DNA of 63,045 bases, counting the filler, from Octopus bimaculoides (lineage: Eukaryota): the NCBI RefSeq assembly GCF_001194135.2. It is 7 parts of 7 records of this genome, joined end to end, with 100 filler letters (N's around TTAATTAATTAA, not from the genome) between each part and the next. Parts side by side here need not be neighbours in the genome. Positions count along the whole stretch, not along the records: positions 25,871 to 36,055 come from NC_068999.1; positions 36,156 to 39,344 come from NW_026303092.1; 5 more parts are not named here. One strand, given 5' to 3'. Below, piece after piece: positions 26,700 through 38,759 of the stretch. The position numbers and the translations under genes were made by a program. The notes under the pieces are model-generated. The model saw nothing but the letters and a program-made list of their open reading frames with translations, made no database searches and had not been told where the DNA came from. Within the stretch, counting starts at the first letter, position 1. Each line of letters starts with the position of its first letter.

Positions 26700-26982
26700 G
26701 CTTGTTTCCCAACCGCATGGTTCCAGGTTCACTGCCTGGCAACTTGAACAAGCGTCTTGTACTATAGCGCTGAGCCGACCAAAACTTTGTGAGTGGATTT
26801 GGTAGATGGAAACTGAAAGAAACCCATCATATATGTGTGTGTGTGTGTTTATCTCCCACCACTGCTTGACAACCGGTGTTGGTGTGTTTATGTCCCTATA
26901 ACTCAGTATTTTGGTAAAAGGGACTGATAGAATAAGTACCAGGCTTAAAAAATAAAAGTACTGGGGCCAATTCATTTGACTA
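26700..26982 (+). mobile_element. SINE family A
   Basis: cccaaccgcatggttccaggttc...gagtggatttggtagatggaaactgaaag...gatagaataagtacc. Confidence 0.85.
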
Positions 26983-27837
26983 AGATTTGTCATGGTGGTG
27001 GCTCTTTTCTTTTTTTTTGAAGTCTGTGTTGTGTCAACAGACTTGCACTTAAAAATCCCACATTTTTAATCAAAACTTGTTAGTTACTAAGGGAACAACA
27101 TTACCTATTATCTATCTTTCACACACACTCCCTCTCACTGTATTTTTCTTTTAGCAACATTTTCTCCTCTCCTTCTTCCCTCTCTCTACACAGATGTTGT
27201 TACAAACAGATACGTGGAGATCTGAAGATTTTCATTATAAAAGTTGTAAAATTATTCTAACAAAAAAAATTTGGTGGTTAGCTTGATAAACTGTTAGCAA
27301 CACTGTATCAAATGCATTAAACTACAGGTATTGTATCTATCGTCATCACCACCAAGAAAACACTGAATTGTATCCTGATAGCTTAGAAAACAATTCTTTC
27401 CCCAAATTACCCTGCTTTTTGTCCATTTCACTGAACTCATCACTACTCATGTTAGATTATAGTAAACTCCTTCTGTGCTTCCTCAGAAAATAGCTATGCA
27501 ATGTGAGTTTTCTAATTAACCTGCATTACTTGATTCTACTGTTTCAATAGACATAATGAAAAACCTGATAGAAAGGTGAAAAAGGGAAAGCACAAAGAAA
27601 ATATAATTGTTTCTATTTTAAAGACAAGTCCGGCAATTTTGAGGGTAACAAGTTAAGTCAATACCATTGACCTCAGTACTAGATCAGTTGATCTGGACAA
27701 AAAATGGTAATTCCAGCATTGACTGGGGAGTATTGAAAAAATTGAGATATTACACAATATTCATTACATGGGAGGTAACTCTGTGGCCCAACTAATATGA
27801 TATTAATGAGAAAATAATGGCTAACAGAATGCAATCT

Positions 27838-28050
27838 GGCGTGATGTGTGATGTGGTGTAGTGGGTTGTGATGTTGTGAGATATAGTATGATGCAATGTG
27901 GTGTGATGCAGTGTAGTGTCATGTGATGTGTGGCATGGTATGATGTTGGGTGGTGTATTATGGTGTTGTGTAGTGCAATAGGATGTAATGTAGCACTTGT
28001 GAGATGTAATATGATGTGGTGTGGTGTGATATGATGCAACGTGTTGTGGT
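27838..28050. repeat. Degenerate ~5-bp tandem repeat (TGTGA/TGTGG-like)
   Basis: Periodic tgtga/tgtgg/tgtag/tgcaa units; a similar TACAC-type tract lies on the other strand at about 22040-22140. Confidence 0.75.
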
Positions 28051-30459
28051 ACATTTTATATTTTCACAATACAACAGCAATCACACAGAGCTACAGTACA
28101 CAATATATGGTAATGATAAAGGAATATCATTAAAAACATTTATTCAGGGAATTAAGAATTAAAGTAGTAGATAGACTATAAAATATGACCATATGATGTG
28201 TGGCCAGCTAAACAGAGTTCAGTGTGAAAAATCACTGGCATGGTTTCAATTATAACTTCCCAATAACATTCCTCCCCAAAGTCCTATTCTTGTAAGAAAA
28301 TTGAATGCCATTAACAACTAGAACTTGAACACAGACGAAGTAAAACAAATGGTTAATTAAAGTAGAACATAAGGTTAGTTAAAAACAGAACATTATTAAG
28401 ATATTTCATAGGTCATTGATAAAAAGAAATAAGGCATAAATATAATATAGCATTGTTAATTCAGTGAAACATTAAAAAAAAAAATGTGCTTATAAAAAGA
28501 AAAGAAAGAAAATTCTGTCTGAAAAAAAATAGTGATTAAATTAAAAATAAGATAAAGATTATAGGAAATGGTACTCGCAAATTCCTGGAAAATAAATTTG
28601 AACTGCTTCAAAAGACCTGAAAAATACTGCTGTTTTCAACAAGATAATCAAAAATATAAATGGAGAAAGGGAAAGAAATCAGCTCATTGTGGGTAACAGT
28701 TAGGTTTTGAGTTATGTTGTATTAATAATATACCAATACCACTAACAGAACAAAGAGAATATAGAAGTAATTTTACATCAGAATAAAAAGACAAACACAT
28801 AAGTTATATTTATGAGTCTAACTGGAACTCTATTAAAGTACTGTAGACAATAGTAAAAGTTAATAGAGATAATGACTAAAGAGAAGTTAACAAGTTATGC
28901 TGAATCAATTGCTGAAAAGTCATATTTGTTACGGTTATTTCCTAATCAAGCAGTGCTATGATTAAAAGCATTCCATCTGTGACCATTCAGTATTTTTTTT
29001 TTTTAAAGCATACATTATCCAATTTGTTCTTCTGTTTGTCAGAAGGTAGGGTGTGATTGATTTAGCAGGTTGAGTAACTACTTTTCTATTTTAATCTTCA
29101 GTTTTATTCTCTTATAGTTAACACTAGATATATATAATAGCATGCTATACATGGAGCAGTAAGGAAATATAAAAGCAGCGATTCTGATAGTTCAGATATT
29201 TATTATCTCTTCACTAAATACAGTTATAAAACAGTTAACTGTTGCAATACAACTGAACTACTCAGAAATTATTTACTATTATGATATTCTAAATTTAAAC
29301 TTCCCAACAAAATACAGAGTAAAATTGGAATTAAATGAGAACATTGGGCAAACAACTGAAACTACAATTTACTGATACAATGCAAGAAATACATAACAGT
29401 GCACTTAATTTCCAGCAATGCTTCATGTTCTGTTGACAGTATAACAGTAATAGACTACAATTGTGGGTCATTGGGGGAAGTAAAACCTTACATACTATTG
29501 CTGTAGGTTGCATTTCAATTTCACTTGAGTTACATGTTAAGAAATATGAAGAGGGCACTGCAAGTGGAAGATTTGAAATATTAAAAAAAAGTACAAGAAT
29601 AGACTCAATAGAGAATTGAAATAATATTGTAAACACAGATAATGACTACTATACAATAAAAGTACACAGGAGATACATTTTAACCATTGTGTCAAATACA
29701 AAAATTAGATAACATTTAGCAGGAAAAAACAAAGATCTGAACTTTGAGTCACTAATGAAATTCAAAAAAATAAAAAACAGAATTTAAAAAATTTAAGAGG
29801 AAATAGCTCAAATTAAGATTTAAAAGGTTTAGGAATGGTAAATGGAATGAATTGCTAAAAATTCTGAATCAATTAAAAGTTAGAGGAGAAAATAAAGAAA
29901 AACCTAGAATAATTGATACCAAGAGAGGGGAAGAACATTTCAAGAAATTAAAAGACAGAAAATTAATGATTAATGAGAAGGAAAATAAATGTGAGCACAT
30001 GAGCATACAAGTGTGTATGCATGAATACTCACACATACACATCTGATGCTGATGTTTCTCTTTATTGTTACTCTGAGATTCACATCTCTACTTTTGACTG
30101 CAGCAAAATGCAAAAATATAAAGTTCAGAGTAATGACAGAAAGAAGCTTCAGCTTTGAATAAACTTTACTATATATATTGACCACTTTTAGCCCACCATC
30201 TTTTCTAAAGTTATATATATCCAAAATGGAGATGAATACCAATTTCTCTAGGTGACTGGCTAGAAAAATTGTTAAGATATTTTCCTAACATGAAACCAAT
30301 GGTAGCCTTAATACACAAATAAAGAATCATTATCCACTAATGCAATGTTGAGCATTCATTCTTTGATATTTACATTTACACACACACACACACACATATA
30401 TATATAAATATTGTAGAATACAAACAAGAAAGTGGTATATTTTCAGACACAGCATTGTA

Positions 30460-30617
30460 AAATAATGGATAAATTACCCTTACAAGGTGGAAAAAGTTAT
30501 CAACAGCCATAGGAGTTGAACCCACATCCTGCAAGACACCAGCTGAGTGCTTTACCATTAAGCTTAACTGTCTGCTGACAACTTTTCCCACCTTGTAAGG
30601 CAATTTACACCTTATTT
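30460..30617. mobile_element. Fold-back (MITE-like) element with ~46-bp inverted repeats enclosing a tRNA-like core
   Basis: Arms 30460-30506 and 30572-30617; minus-strand core AGCTTAATGGTAAAGC (A box)...GGTTCAACTCC (B box). Confidence 0.7.
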
Positions 30618-31584
30618 CTGCTGTTCTAATGGCAATGATGCGTTTGGAAAAATATCACCTTCTTGTTCAAACAGTACAATACACATTTGATGCTTCCAAT
30701 AAAAACAAATGTAAGTTTGTTTACACACACATAGCTGTATGTATGTGTGTTTAAATACATATATTTTATGCTGGAAGATAGAGATCCTGAAATTAAAAAA
30801 AAGAAAATTGAGTGAAAAGTGACAGCAGCCATCCACAATTAAACACACATGACATATTACATTAAGTAGAAGCAATAGAGAGCCAAACATCAAGAAGATA
30901 CGGAGAAAGGTGTGAGAAAGCTCTGTACTTACACAGAAATATAAAGAGGTGCTATATTGTAAATACAAACAGATCTATTCAAAGAGTAATACAAACAAAA
31001 TAGAAAACAAAGATCAGGGTTTCACTGTGTTTCTTTATTTGGAGTCTTTTATTAATGGTATACTATTTATCTAAAAGAAAAAATTTTTTAAATCCCCTTT
31101 CTTGACTATGACATTGCCATCAGCAACAGCAGTTCCTACAAGAACAAAAAAGATCAAAGGAAAAAAATCTACAGTTCATTTATTTAATACAAGCATGACA
31201 CTAAATAGATTGACATTAGCTCATTAGTCTTAAAATAATTATAATATATTCATGAGCTTTATAAGAAAATACTTATATCTACTCCACATTTGTATCAGTT
31301 CATTCTAAGATTGTCATCAGGTGTTGTATTTCTGGATTGATACACAGTGCCAATCTGACTACAAACAATGAATGTTAGTGATTTCTTATTCTAAACTAAG
31401 GTACAAGTCCTGTACTTGTCTTGTGGGTTACAACATTGCCACTTTTAGTTTAAAAAAACAATGGCTCCTTGTTCAAATTCAGTGATATCAGAATTCAAAT
31501 AGACTGAAACAAGTGCATATATAAATTTTGTAAATATGCAATGATGAGGTTAATAGTGTGAAATATTAAAAAATTATTAACATA

Positions 31585-31745
31585 TGGCACAGGTGTGGTT
31601 GTGTGGTAAGAAGCTTGCTTCCCAACCACATGGTTCCGGGTTCAGTTCTAATGCATGGCACCTTCGGCAAGTGTCTTCTGTTATAGCCTCAGGCTGACCA
31701 AAACCTTGTGAGTGGATTTGGTAGATGGAAACTGAAAGAAGCCCG

Positions 31746-31791
<46 letters not shown>

Positions 31792-32270
31792 ATAATACAA
31801 ATGATATGTGAGCATATGCATATATACATACATATATGTACATACCTAAATCTACATGTATATATAAATGCATATCCGGGTACAGGACGTCAAAAAAATG
31901 TGGACAAAAAAGGAACGGGAACATAAACAAAACACAAAAAAATGAACTTTTTTTTACGGACAACAGAATGAACACAGGAAAACAGACAAGCCACATATGG
32001 AACTTTTCCTTCACCAGCTGCCTCTATTCTAAACTAGGCGTTTCGAAGATGATATGTATATGTTTGTGTGTCTGTGTTTGTTCCCCCACCATCGCTTGAC
32101 AACTAATGTTGGTGTGTTTATGTCCCTGTAACTTAGAGGTTCAGCAAAAAGAGATCAATAGAATAAGTCCTAGATTTACAAAGAATAAGTTTTGAGGTCA
32201 ATTTCTTTGACTAAAGGCAGTGCTCCGGCATGATTGTAGTCAAATGACTGAAACAAGTGAAAGAATGAAA
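31585..32270 (+). mobile_element. SINE family A with an unrelated ~250-bp repeat inserted in its (TA)n spacer (about 31800-32050)
   Basis: Head 31585-31745 and tail 32070-32270 match the 13425 copy with CpG>TpG/CpA changes; the insert ends ...ggcgtttcgaag. Confidence 0.8.
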
Positions 32271-32699
32271 GAATATGGTATCAGATATTTAGACATTTTC
32301 TAAAAGGAATCGATAAAATCAATTAAAAATATCCTGGATATTAGTTAACAGTTGTAAACAATTAAGGAATAGGAAGACAGTGCCATTTTGAAAAACTATA
32401 GATTAACTGAGAATGATAACTGGATGTTCAACATTACATATATGTCCTGGAGTCCTGAACAGGACCCAAACCAATACATCACATGATATCATAAAGTGTA
32501 AATCATCATTATCAATTTACTTTTCCTTTATCCATAGCTACAGCATCTTACCAGTCCTTTGTCATTTGGTAGACACAACAAGAAATAATCACCTATTAAG
32601 TCATGCAGGTTGTGTGTGTGTACATGAACATGGAATTTCCATGTACAAAGGCAGACTTCCAATATGGGAAATGCACATGAGCAGTCAATAGTAAGAATA

Positions 32700-33060
32700 C
32701 ATACAAAATAATTCCCACAAATGCTTGGAAGGCCTACTGGAAGTAGTTGATAGCTTTTGTTAACTAAGTGACCTAATTAGTAGTGGAGGTGAGTGTTTAG
32801 AAAACATTGTAGCAAAAGTAAGAATGGGCTAGAAAAAGTTCAGGAATCTATAATCTGCCAGAAAGAAAAAACTGAAAGGCAGCTGATGTGTGTGTGTGTA
32901 CAAACTGCAATGCTGCATGATAGCAAGATATAGCCCTTAATAGCAAAGGAATTATGAAGACTAGAAATGAAACAAGTAAGCTCTGTTGCATAGGTTACAT
33001 TAATATGCATGAATGATGGAATGTAAATGAAATGAGAGAAAAACTGAATGCACGAGGAAT
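32700..33060 (+). mobile_element. RTE LINE RT C-terminal fragment
   Basis: Translation LEVVDSFC*LSDLISSGGECLENIVAKVRMG*KKFR...CVQTAMLH...NEMREKL. Confidence 0.8.
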
Positions 33061-33179
33061 CATCACCATCATCATCCTCATAATAATCCTTTCTACTAAA
33101 GGCACAAAGCCTGAAATTTGAGGGGAGGGGACTAGTTGATTACATCAACCCCAGTATTTCACTAATAATAATAATAATA

Positions 33180-33760
33180 GTAAATGCCCTGATATAATAC
33201 CAGGCAGTAGCTCTCGTGGCTTCTGAGCTGAACTGATTAGAAGTGTTATGTACACATTATGAATTGATTTAAAAAATGGGCTACAGCAAAAATTCTGCTC
33301 AATACCACAGATTTGCTTGTCAGTTCTTTGACCTTAACCAGTTGAGCATGTCCCTTGGTGACTGATGATATGTGCATCTCTGATCATGAGCAGGAGTAGT
33401 AGGGGAGCATCATAACCATGTGTTGTGAGGAATTCTCTGAGGTTTGAATAATTTACCTTTGGAAACATAGGTGTTTCATTCAACATCCTTAAACAACCCC
33501 TATTCAGGGACCTTTTTAGAAGGATGGGCTACTCAACCTGAAAAAAATTCTAACTTGGCCCCACCTGCAAGGTGATGCGCTGTTTATCTTGATATGAGAT
33601 CACCATGTCATGCACATATGGTTGTGATACATGAGCCTGGTGTACTCTTATCAGACAGGTAGTCATGATGGGTATATTAGGCTTTGTGTGTTTGTACTCC
33701 AGTGTCACTTTGATGGTATGCGCCACTCACTCACTCGAGAATAATGATAATAATAATTTA
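33180..33760 (+). mobile_element. Non-coding repeat bounded by (TAA)n on both sides (partial copies 54070-54420 minus, 55830-56012 plus)
   Basis: Three homologous copies share gtgcatctctgat(c/g)atgagc and flanking sequence; starts aaatgccctgat after (TAA)n and ends before aataatgataataat. Confidence 0.75.
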
Positions 33761-33949
33761 ATGCCCGTTTTCCATGCTGGTATGAGTTAGATGGTTTGAC
33801 AGGATTCAGTGAGCCACAGGATTGTATCACACTCCACATCAGTTTTGGTGTGGTTTCTATGGCTAACGTCAACCACTTTACAGTAATATGCAAAAGACTG
33901 TGCAGGTACATGCATGTGATGTGTATGGAGCCAAGCACTTGAAGTATAG

Positions 33950-34100
33950 AACCTGAGGATAAAGCTTAAGATATGGGATGAAATAGTAAAGAACAATTGC
34001 AAGATGCTGAACCTCACAAAGGTGATGACAAAATATTGCAATCATCGACGATATATGGTTCTAAAGGATACCTGCCCACCCATGCAAGCAAGGTGAAGCA
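33950..34100 (+). mobile_element. RTE LINE extreme C-terminus
   Basis: WDEIVKNNCKMLNLTKVMT matches the RTE tail seen at 36850-36960 (TWNEVVKYDL). Confidence 0.6.
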
Positions 34101-34769
34101 AACTTTAAAATGAAAGGAGTAAATGAGACTGGAATATATAATATACCTACATTTGGGTTTCTCATTCATGTTCCTTGTTGATTCACCATTTTTTCACCCT
34201 TGCTTCAATACTCTCTCTCTCTCTCCTATTCATTACCATGTCACCTGTGTAATGAAGGATGGCATTGGATCTTCCTGAATCTAATCCCCACCTCTCTATC
34301 TCTCTCCCTCCATTACAATGCCTGTGTAAAAAGGTATTGTATTAGAGCTTGTTTATATCTTATATATCCCCACCTATCACCCTTCTTTACTGCTAGAGAT
34401 CACTTTCTCTCACCAAGGGTACTCATAATTGATACCCACAACTCTCTTTTAACATTGGCTATCTCTGTACTATTTACACTTGTTTTCTCATACCGACAAA
34501 AATGCAGGTGTCATCACCGTCTTTTCCATCACTCTCTGTCAATGTTCCCACCAGCTTTGACACATCCATCACTCAAACCTCTTCTTGATCATTTTCTTTC
34601 TTCCATTATACATATGCTTCTTCCATACTCTCACTCTAGTTCATTTTCAGCCATCATCCACCTTTTCTAGCTCATTCTCTTGGTTATGTTGTTTTGAACA
34701 GAGACTATAGAGAGTCAAAGTTGTTAGGGAAAAGGCAACCATAACAGTATAAGTTTTATAATAAAATGT

Positions 34770-34975
34770 ACCCAGTACGCTCTGTTGTTGGCTAACAAGT
34801 AGAGATAATGTGCAGTCAGCAAAGACTCTGAAGTCCTGTTAAGAACTCAACACACTTTCTTGTGCAGTCAGGTGCCACAATAAGTTCACCCTGTACACTC
34901 TGTAAAGTGGTTAGTGTTAAGTCATCCAGCCATAGAAACCATGCCAAAATGGAACTTACATCTCTAATGCTAAAG
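34770..34975 (+). mobile_element. RTE 3' UTR fragment
   Basis: cagtacgctctg...gtacactctgtaaagtggttagtgttaagtcatccagccatagaaacc. Confidence 0.6.
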
Positions 34976-35402
34976 TGTCCACCATTGATAAGTCCTAGGA
35001 AGGTAGAAATCATGTGACCTGGTGGTTTCAGCACTGAAGATGGCAGAGATTTATCTCGCTGCTAGCAATATAAGCAAGAGTGCATTTTGCACCAAAAGTC
35101 AATTTGAGAGTTTCTCTCATGGTATCTACTGCAATATTAATCTTGCCTCTGTCACTTATAAATATAGAAAGTATACATAAAATTATGATAATGATGATAT
35201 ACTAGGAATAGCACATGATTTTTATGAATAGATGTCTCTCCGACCACTGACTTCTTTATAACAACCTGGGTACATATTTTATCATGCACCAGAGAGGTTG
35301 TCTGCAACAGGATTAATGAGTCCCTTCCAACCTCAATCTGTTCTTATTCAGAAAGTGTGTGCATGTGGTTACTAGTCTGTATATATGTATATATGCATGT
35401 TT

Positions 35403-35433
<31 letters not shown>

Positions 35434-35550
35434 ACTGTGTATGCGAATGTATATGAAGATGCATGTACACACATTTATGCATGTACTCCTTGTCATACCA
35501 TAGAAATATAGGAGAAGAGTTTCTGATTTAGTCAAGTGTTCAAATATGTA

Positions 35551-35673
35551 TATATATATATATATATGATACAATGTATGATCAATTTGGTAAACATAAC
35601 ATGTTTACAGTATTTTCTTTAATTTTGTTATTGTTTACCAAGTTGATCATACATTGTATCATATATATATATA
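35551..35673. repeat. Near-perfect inverted repeat (30-bp core arms, 35-nt loop)
   Basis: tgatacaatgtatgatcaatttggtaaaca (35567-96) versus tgtttaccaagttgatcatacattgtatca (35632-61); one G-U type mismatch; extended by (TA)n. Confidence 0.9.
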
Positions 35674-35997
35674 TTCCTTAGAGATAATAAAAAATATCAT
35701 TACATTTTTTCTAAAAATAATTTTGGTGTAGGTTATTCTACTACTAATAATGTTGCTAATATTATCTCTTCTTTTAATAAATTTAAGTTAAATAAGTATT
35801 ATAAATTTAAATTTAATAATTATTCTAATATTAATTTTAATAATAATAATGTTGACCAGGATATAATTAATTGTACATGTTTAGATAAAACTAAATGTAA
35901 TTTTAATAATAAATGTAATTTGAAAGATGTAGTGTATAAATGTATAGTGAAATTATTGAATGAAAATAAACATAATGGTTATAATTTATATATATAA
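35647..35997 (+). mobile_element. Penelope-like element ORF fragment (RT-to-GIY-YIG linker), stop-free, no ATG
   Basis: YHYIFSKNNFGVGYSTTNNVANIISSFNK...NCTCLDKTKCNFNNKCNLKDVVYKCIV resembles the PLE KIFNRNTxKxSYS / CNCxxxxxCPxxxxCxxxxVVY motifs. Confidence 0.75.
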
Positions 35998-36016
35998 GTG
36001 TATATGTATATATATT

Positions 36017-36055
<39 letters not shown>

Positions 36056-36589
36056 NNNNNNNNNNNNNNNNNNNNNNNNNNNNNNNNNNNNNNNNNNNNT
36101 TAATTAATTAANNNNNNNNNNNNNNNNNNNNNNNNNNNNNNNNNNNNNNNNNNNNGCTTGGTGCAGCCTCCTGGCTTGCCCAGTCCTCAGTCAAACCATC
36201 CAACCCATGCCATCATGGAAAGCAAACATCAAACAATGATGATGATGATGATGATGACAGATTATTATTACACATTATTGTTGTTCAAACCTAGGTCAGC
36301 AAATAGACCTGTGATCAAAAGCATTCCAGGTACAACCGTCTCATAATTTTGTATTATACCTGAATAATGCTAATGACATGATAAAATGTGCCCATTACAC
36401 TCTATGAAGTGGCTGGGTACAGAAAAAGCATTCATCCATAGAAAACAAGACAAAATGGAACATTCAAGCAAGACATGGATTCCAAAAGCCATATCACAGG
36501 CTTCTTGCCAGAGGACAGCAACTCTGAATGAGAACGGACACAAGGTAGAGTGGGTTCCTCCTCATATTTGCTATTGACGATGAAGCATC

Positions 36590-36992
36590 ATCATCATCAT
36601 CATTTAGCATCCATTTTCCTTGCTGACATGGGTAAGACAGTTTGACTGGAACTAGTAAGTCAGAGAGCTGCATCAGGCTTCAGTCTGTTTTGGCTTGATT
36701 TCTATGGCTGGATGCCTTTCCTAACCCCAACCACTCCATAGAGAGTACTGGGTGTCTTTTATGTGTCACCAGCCTGGGTGCTTTTCATGTGTTACCAGCA
36801 TTAGCTACAACAATGATTTCACTTATCTTGATGTTTCTTCTCAAGCACAGCATATCACCAAAAGTCTCAGCCACTTGTCATCGCCTCCATGAGACTGAAC
36901 ATCCAAAGATCATATTTCACCACCTCATTCCATGTCTTCCTGGATCTGCTTCTTCCACGGGTTCCCTCCACAGTTAGGGATCAGCACTTCTT
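36590..36992 (-). mobile_element. 5'-truncated RTE LINE (C-terminus, 3' UTR, GAT tail)
   Basis: Minus strand KKC*SLTVEGTRGRSRSRKTWNEVVKYDL, then the UTR and tgatgatg. Confidence 0.85.
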
Positions 36993-37716
36993 TACACAGC
37001 TGAAAACACAACCTGTTCATACTGCAAAATATAAACAACACCAAATTTGGTCAGTTCTTCTGCTTCTGTTTCTGTGGGTGCAAAATGACATGAACTGCGT
37101 TGACTCTTTCAATCTATGCCAGTATGGAAAACAGACATAAAATAATGATGGTGATGATGATGATGACAATGGTGCCACTACCACTGACAAGGGTGATACC
37201 AAAGATGACATTGATCACATAGTCAAATGTGTCTAACGTTTTATAAGAGAGTAAGGGTGTAATCTTAGTAAAATCAGGCAAAAATTTCTGACAGATCAGG
37301 CAGCTATGTAGAAGTTACCCCCATTGACTCAAGACCATCACAAGTGTTTTCAGTTACTTGGTTTTGGGGCTTTTTTATTTTCTATGATCAACAAGAGCTT
37401 CAAAATCTCAATCAAATACCTAGGAAAATATGATATGCAGTATAAATAAATCTTGAAACACACAACCAAGTATTCCACTTAACATCTGTTATAACCAGAA
37501 GTTTCAAAACATAAGGCAGCTAGAAAAATACTGAGTGAAAGTCTAATGCAGAGTAGTGACTGGGGTTGTAGAAATCCAGACTAAATGCTTCATGCTAGAA
37601 TCTAATAAAATAGGCATTACTAGTAACAAAAAAAGAGCCTTGTGTCTAATACTAGTAATACTTTGGGGAACAATTTCAGCATCAACACTCCCCACTATAA
37701 ATTATTATTATTATTA

Positions 37717-37756
<40 letters not shown>

Positions 37757-38004
37757 CATCATCATCTTTTTCTTCTTTCAATTTTGTTTCCATTTTCCCA
37801 ACACTTAGGGCAAAGAAACTCACTATAAACATAGGTAGGACATTAAAAATAAACACACCAGATTGTTCATTTATAAAGTCATGAGGTAGAAAAAAAGAGC
37901 AAGAAAGAAAGAAAAAGGAAAGAAGAAAAAATTTAAAAAATAGGAAAATATGAAAACAAAGTAAATAAAGGGGAAAAATGGAAAAAAAATTCACAGCGAC
38001 AACA

Positions 38005-38250
38005 TTCTTCTCAATACATGTGACATATTAGTTTAAGCAATCTTTAGCACTTCTTGCATGGATGGTAAGTCACAGATCATCCTCAAATGATTTTCAGTTC
38101 CTTTTTTGATCATTCTGAGTGCCCCTACAATTACTGGTATGCCACATCTTTTTGATTTCAATCAGCAAATTCTTTTGACAAGATATGATCACAAGGTATC
38201 CTCATGTCAATCAATAAACAGACTTTTTTGTTTTGGTCTTCCACAACGAT
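38005..38250 (-). mobile_element. R4/Dong-type LINE RLE-domain fragment next to (TAA)n
   Basis: PGIVVEDQNKKVCLLIDMRIP...EIKKMWH...PVIVGALRMIKKG...HVLRRMLSL*. Confidence 0.75.
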
Positions 38251-38256
38251 ACCTGG

Positions 38257-38314
<58 letters not shown>

Positions 38315-38759
38315 GGCTGTGGGATATATAAGACGTTCTTTTGAACATGGTTTATAAGTTATTATTTAAACTGTGCTTTTCACCTTGTCTGAACAAATAT
38401 ATGTTATCGATTCTTCTTATAAACAGACAATAAAAACACTAAGAATGTATTGATAGGCTTTCGGTGGTTATTTCTGCCCCTTAAAGGGGCAGTATCTAAT
38501 CATTTAATTATCAATTGCATTAAAAAAAAAAAACACACACACACAAGATGGCGTCATCATCATCACTATTATCATTGGCATCAGCAACCATGGAAGCGCT
38601 GAAGGGGGAAAGCTATCTCTCCCACCAGCCCTCCCACAGAAGACTTTCTCCCTCTCATATCACTCAGTCCCAGCAACAATAACAACAGCAGCAACAACAA
38701 TAATAGCAGCCAAAGCAATGTGAAAGCTTCCAAAGCTTATGAAATTAGTTACAACAAAA

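Noticed and set aside
29410-29720. Semi-open Lys/Ile-rich plus-strand frames
   Set aside because: Interrupted by stops, no motif, expected in A-rich DNA.
29970-30260. Minus-strand exon pair (...LEKLVFISILDIYNF... / ...KSRDVNLRV...)
   Set aside because: Splice sites are plausible but LRR/Ig resemblance is off-register; not distinguishable from chance.
30505-30570. tRNA gene
   Set aside because: A and B boxes are present but the anticodon and acceptor stems do not pair; treated as a repeat core. The same applies to the SINE heads at 14904, 18200 and 13425.
30600-30710. Apparent 111-nt plus-strand exon (AG...GTAAGT, open frame)
   Set aside because: Its acceptor lies inside the MITE arm and the peptide is unrecognisable; exonisation cannot be excluded but is unsupported.
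32005-32050. Hammerhead-like words on the minus strand (GAAACGCC...CUGGUGA)
   Set aside because: Core mutated, order permuted and stems I/III do not form.
35034-35075. CTGAAGA plus a 6-bp stem
   Set aside because: Followed by GCAA rather than GAAA, with no stem III or cleavage triplet; at best a relic.
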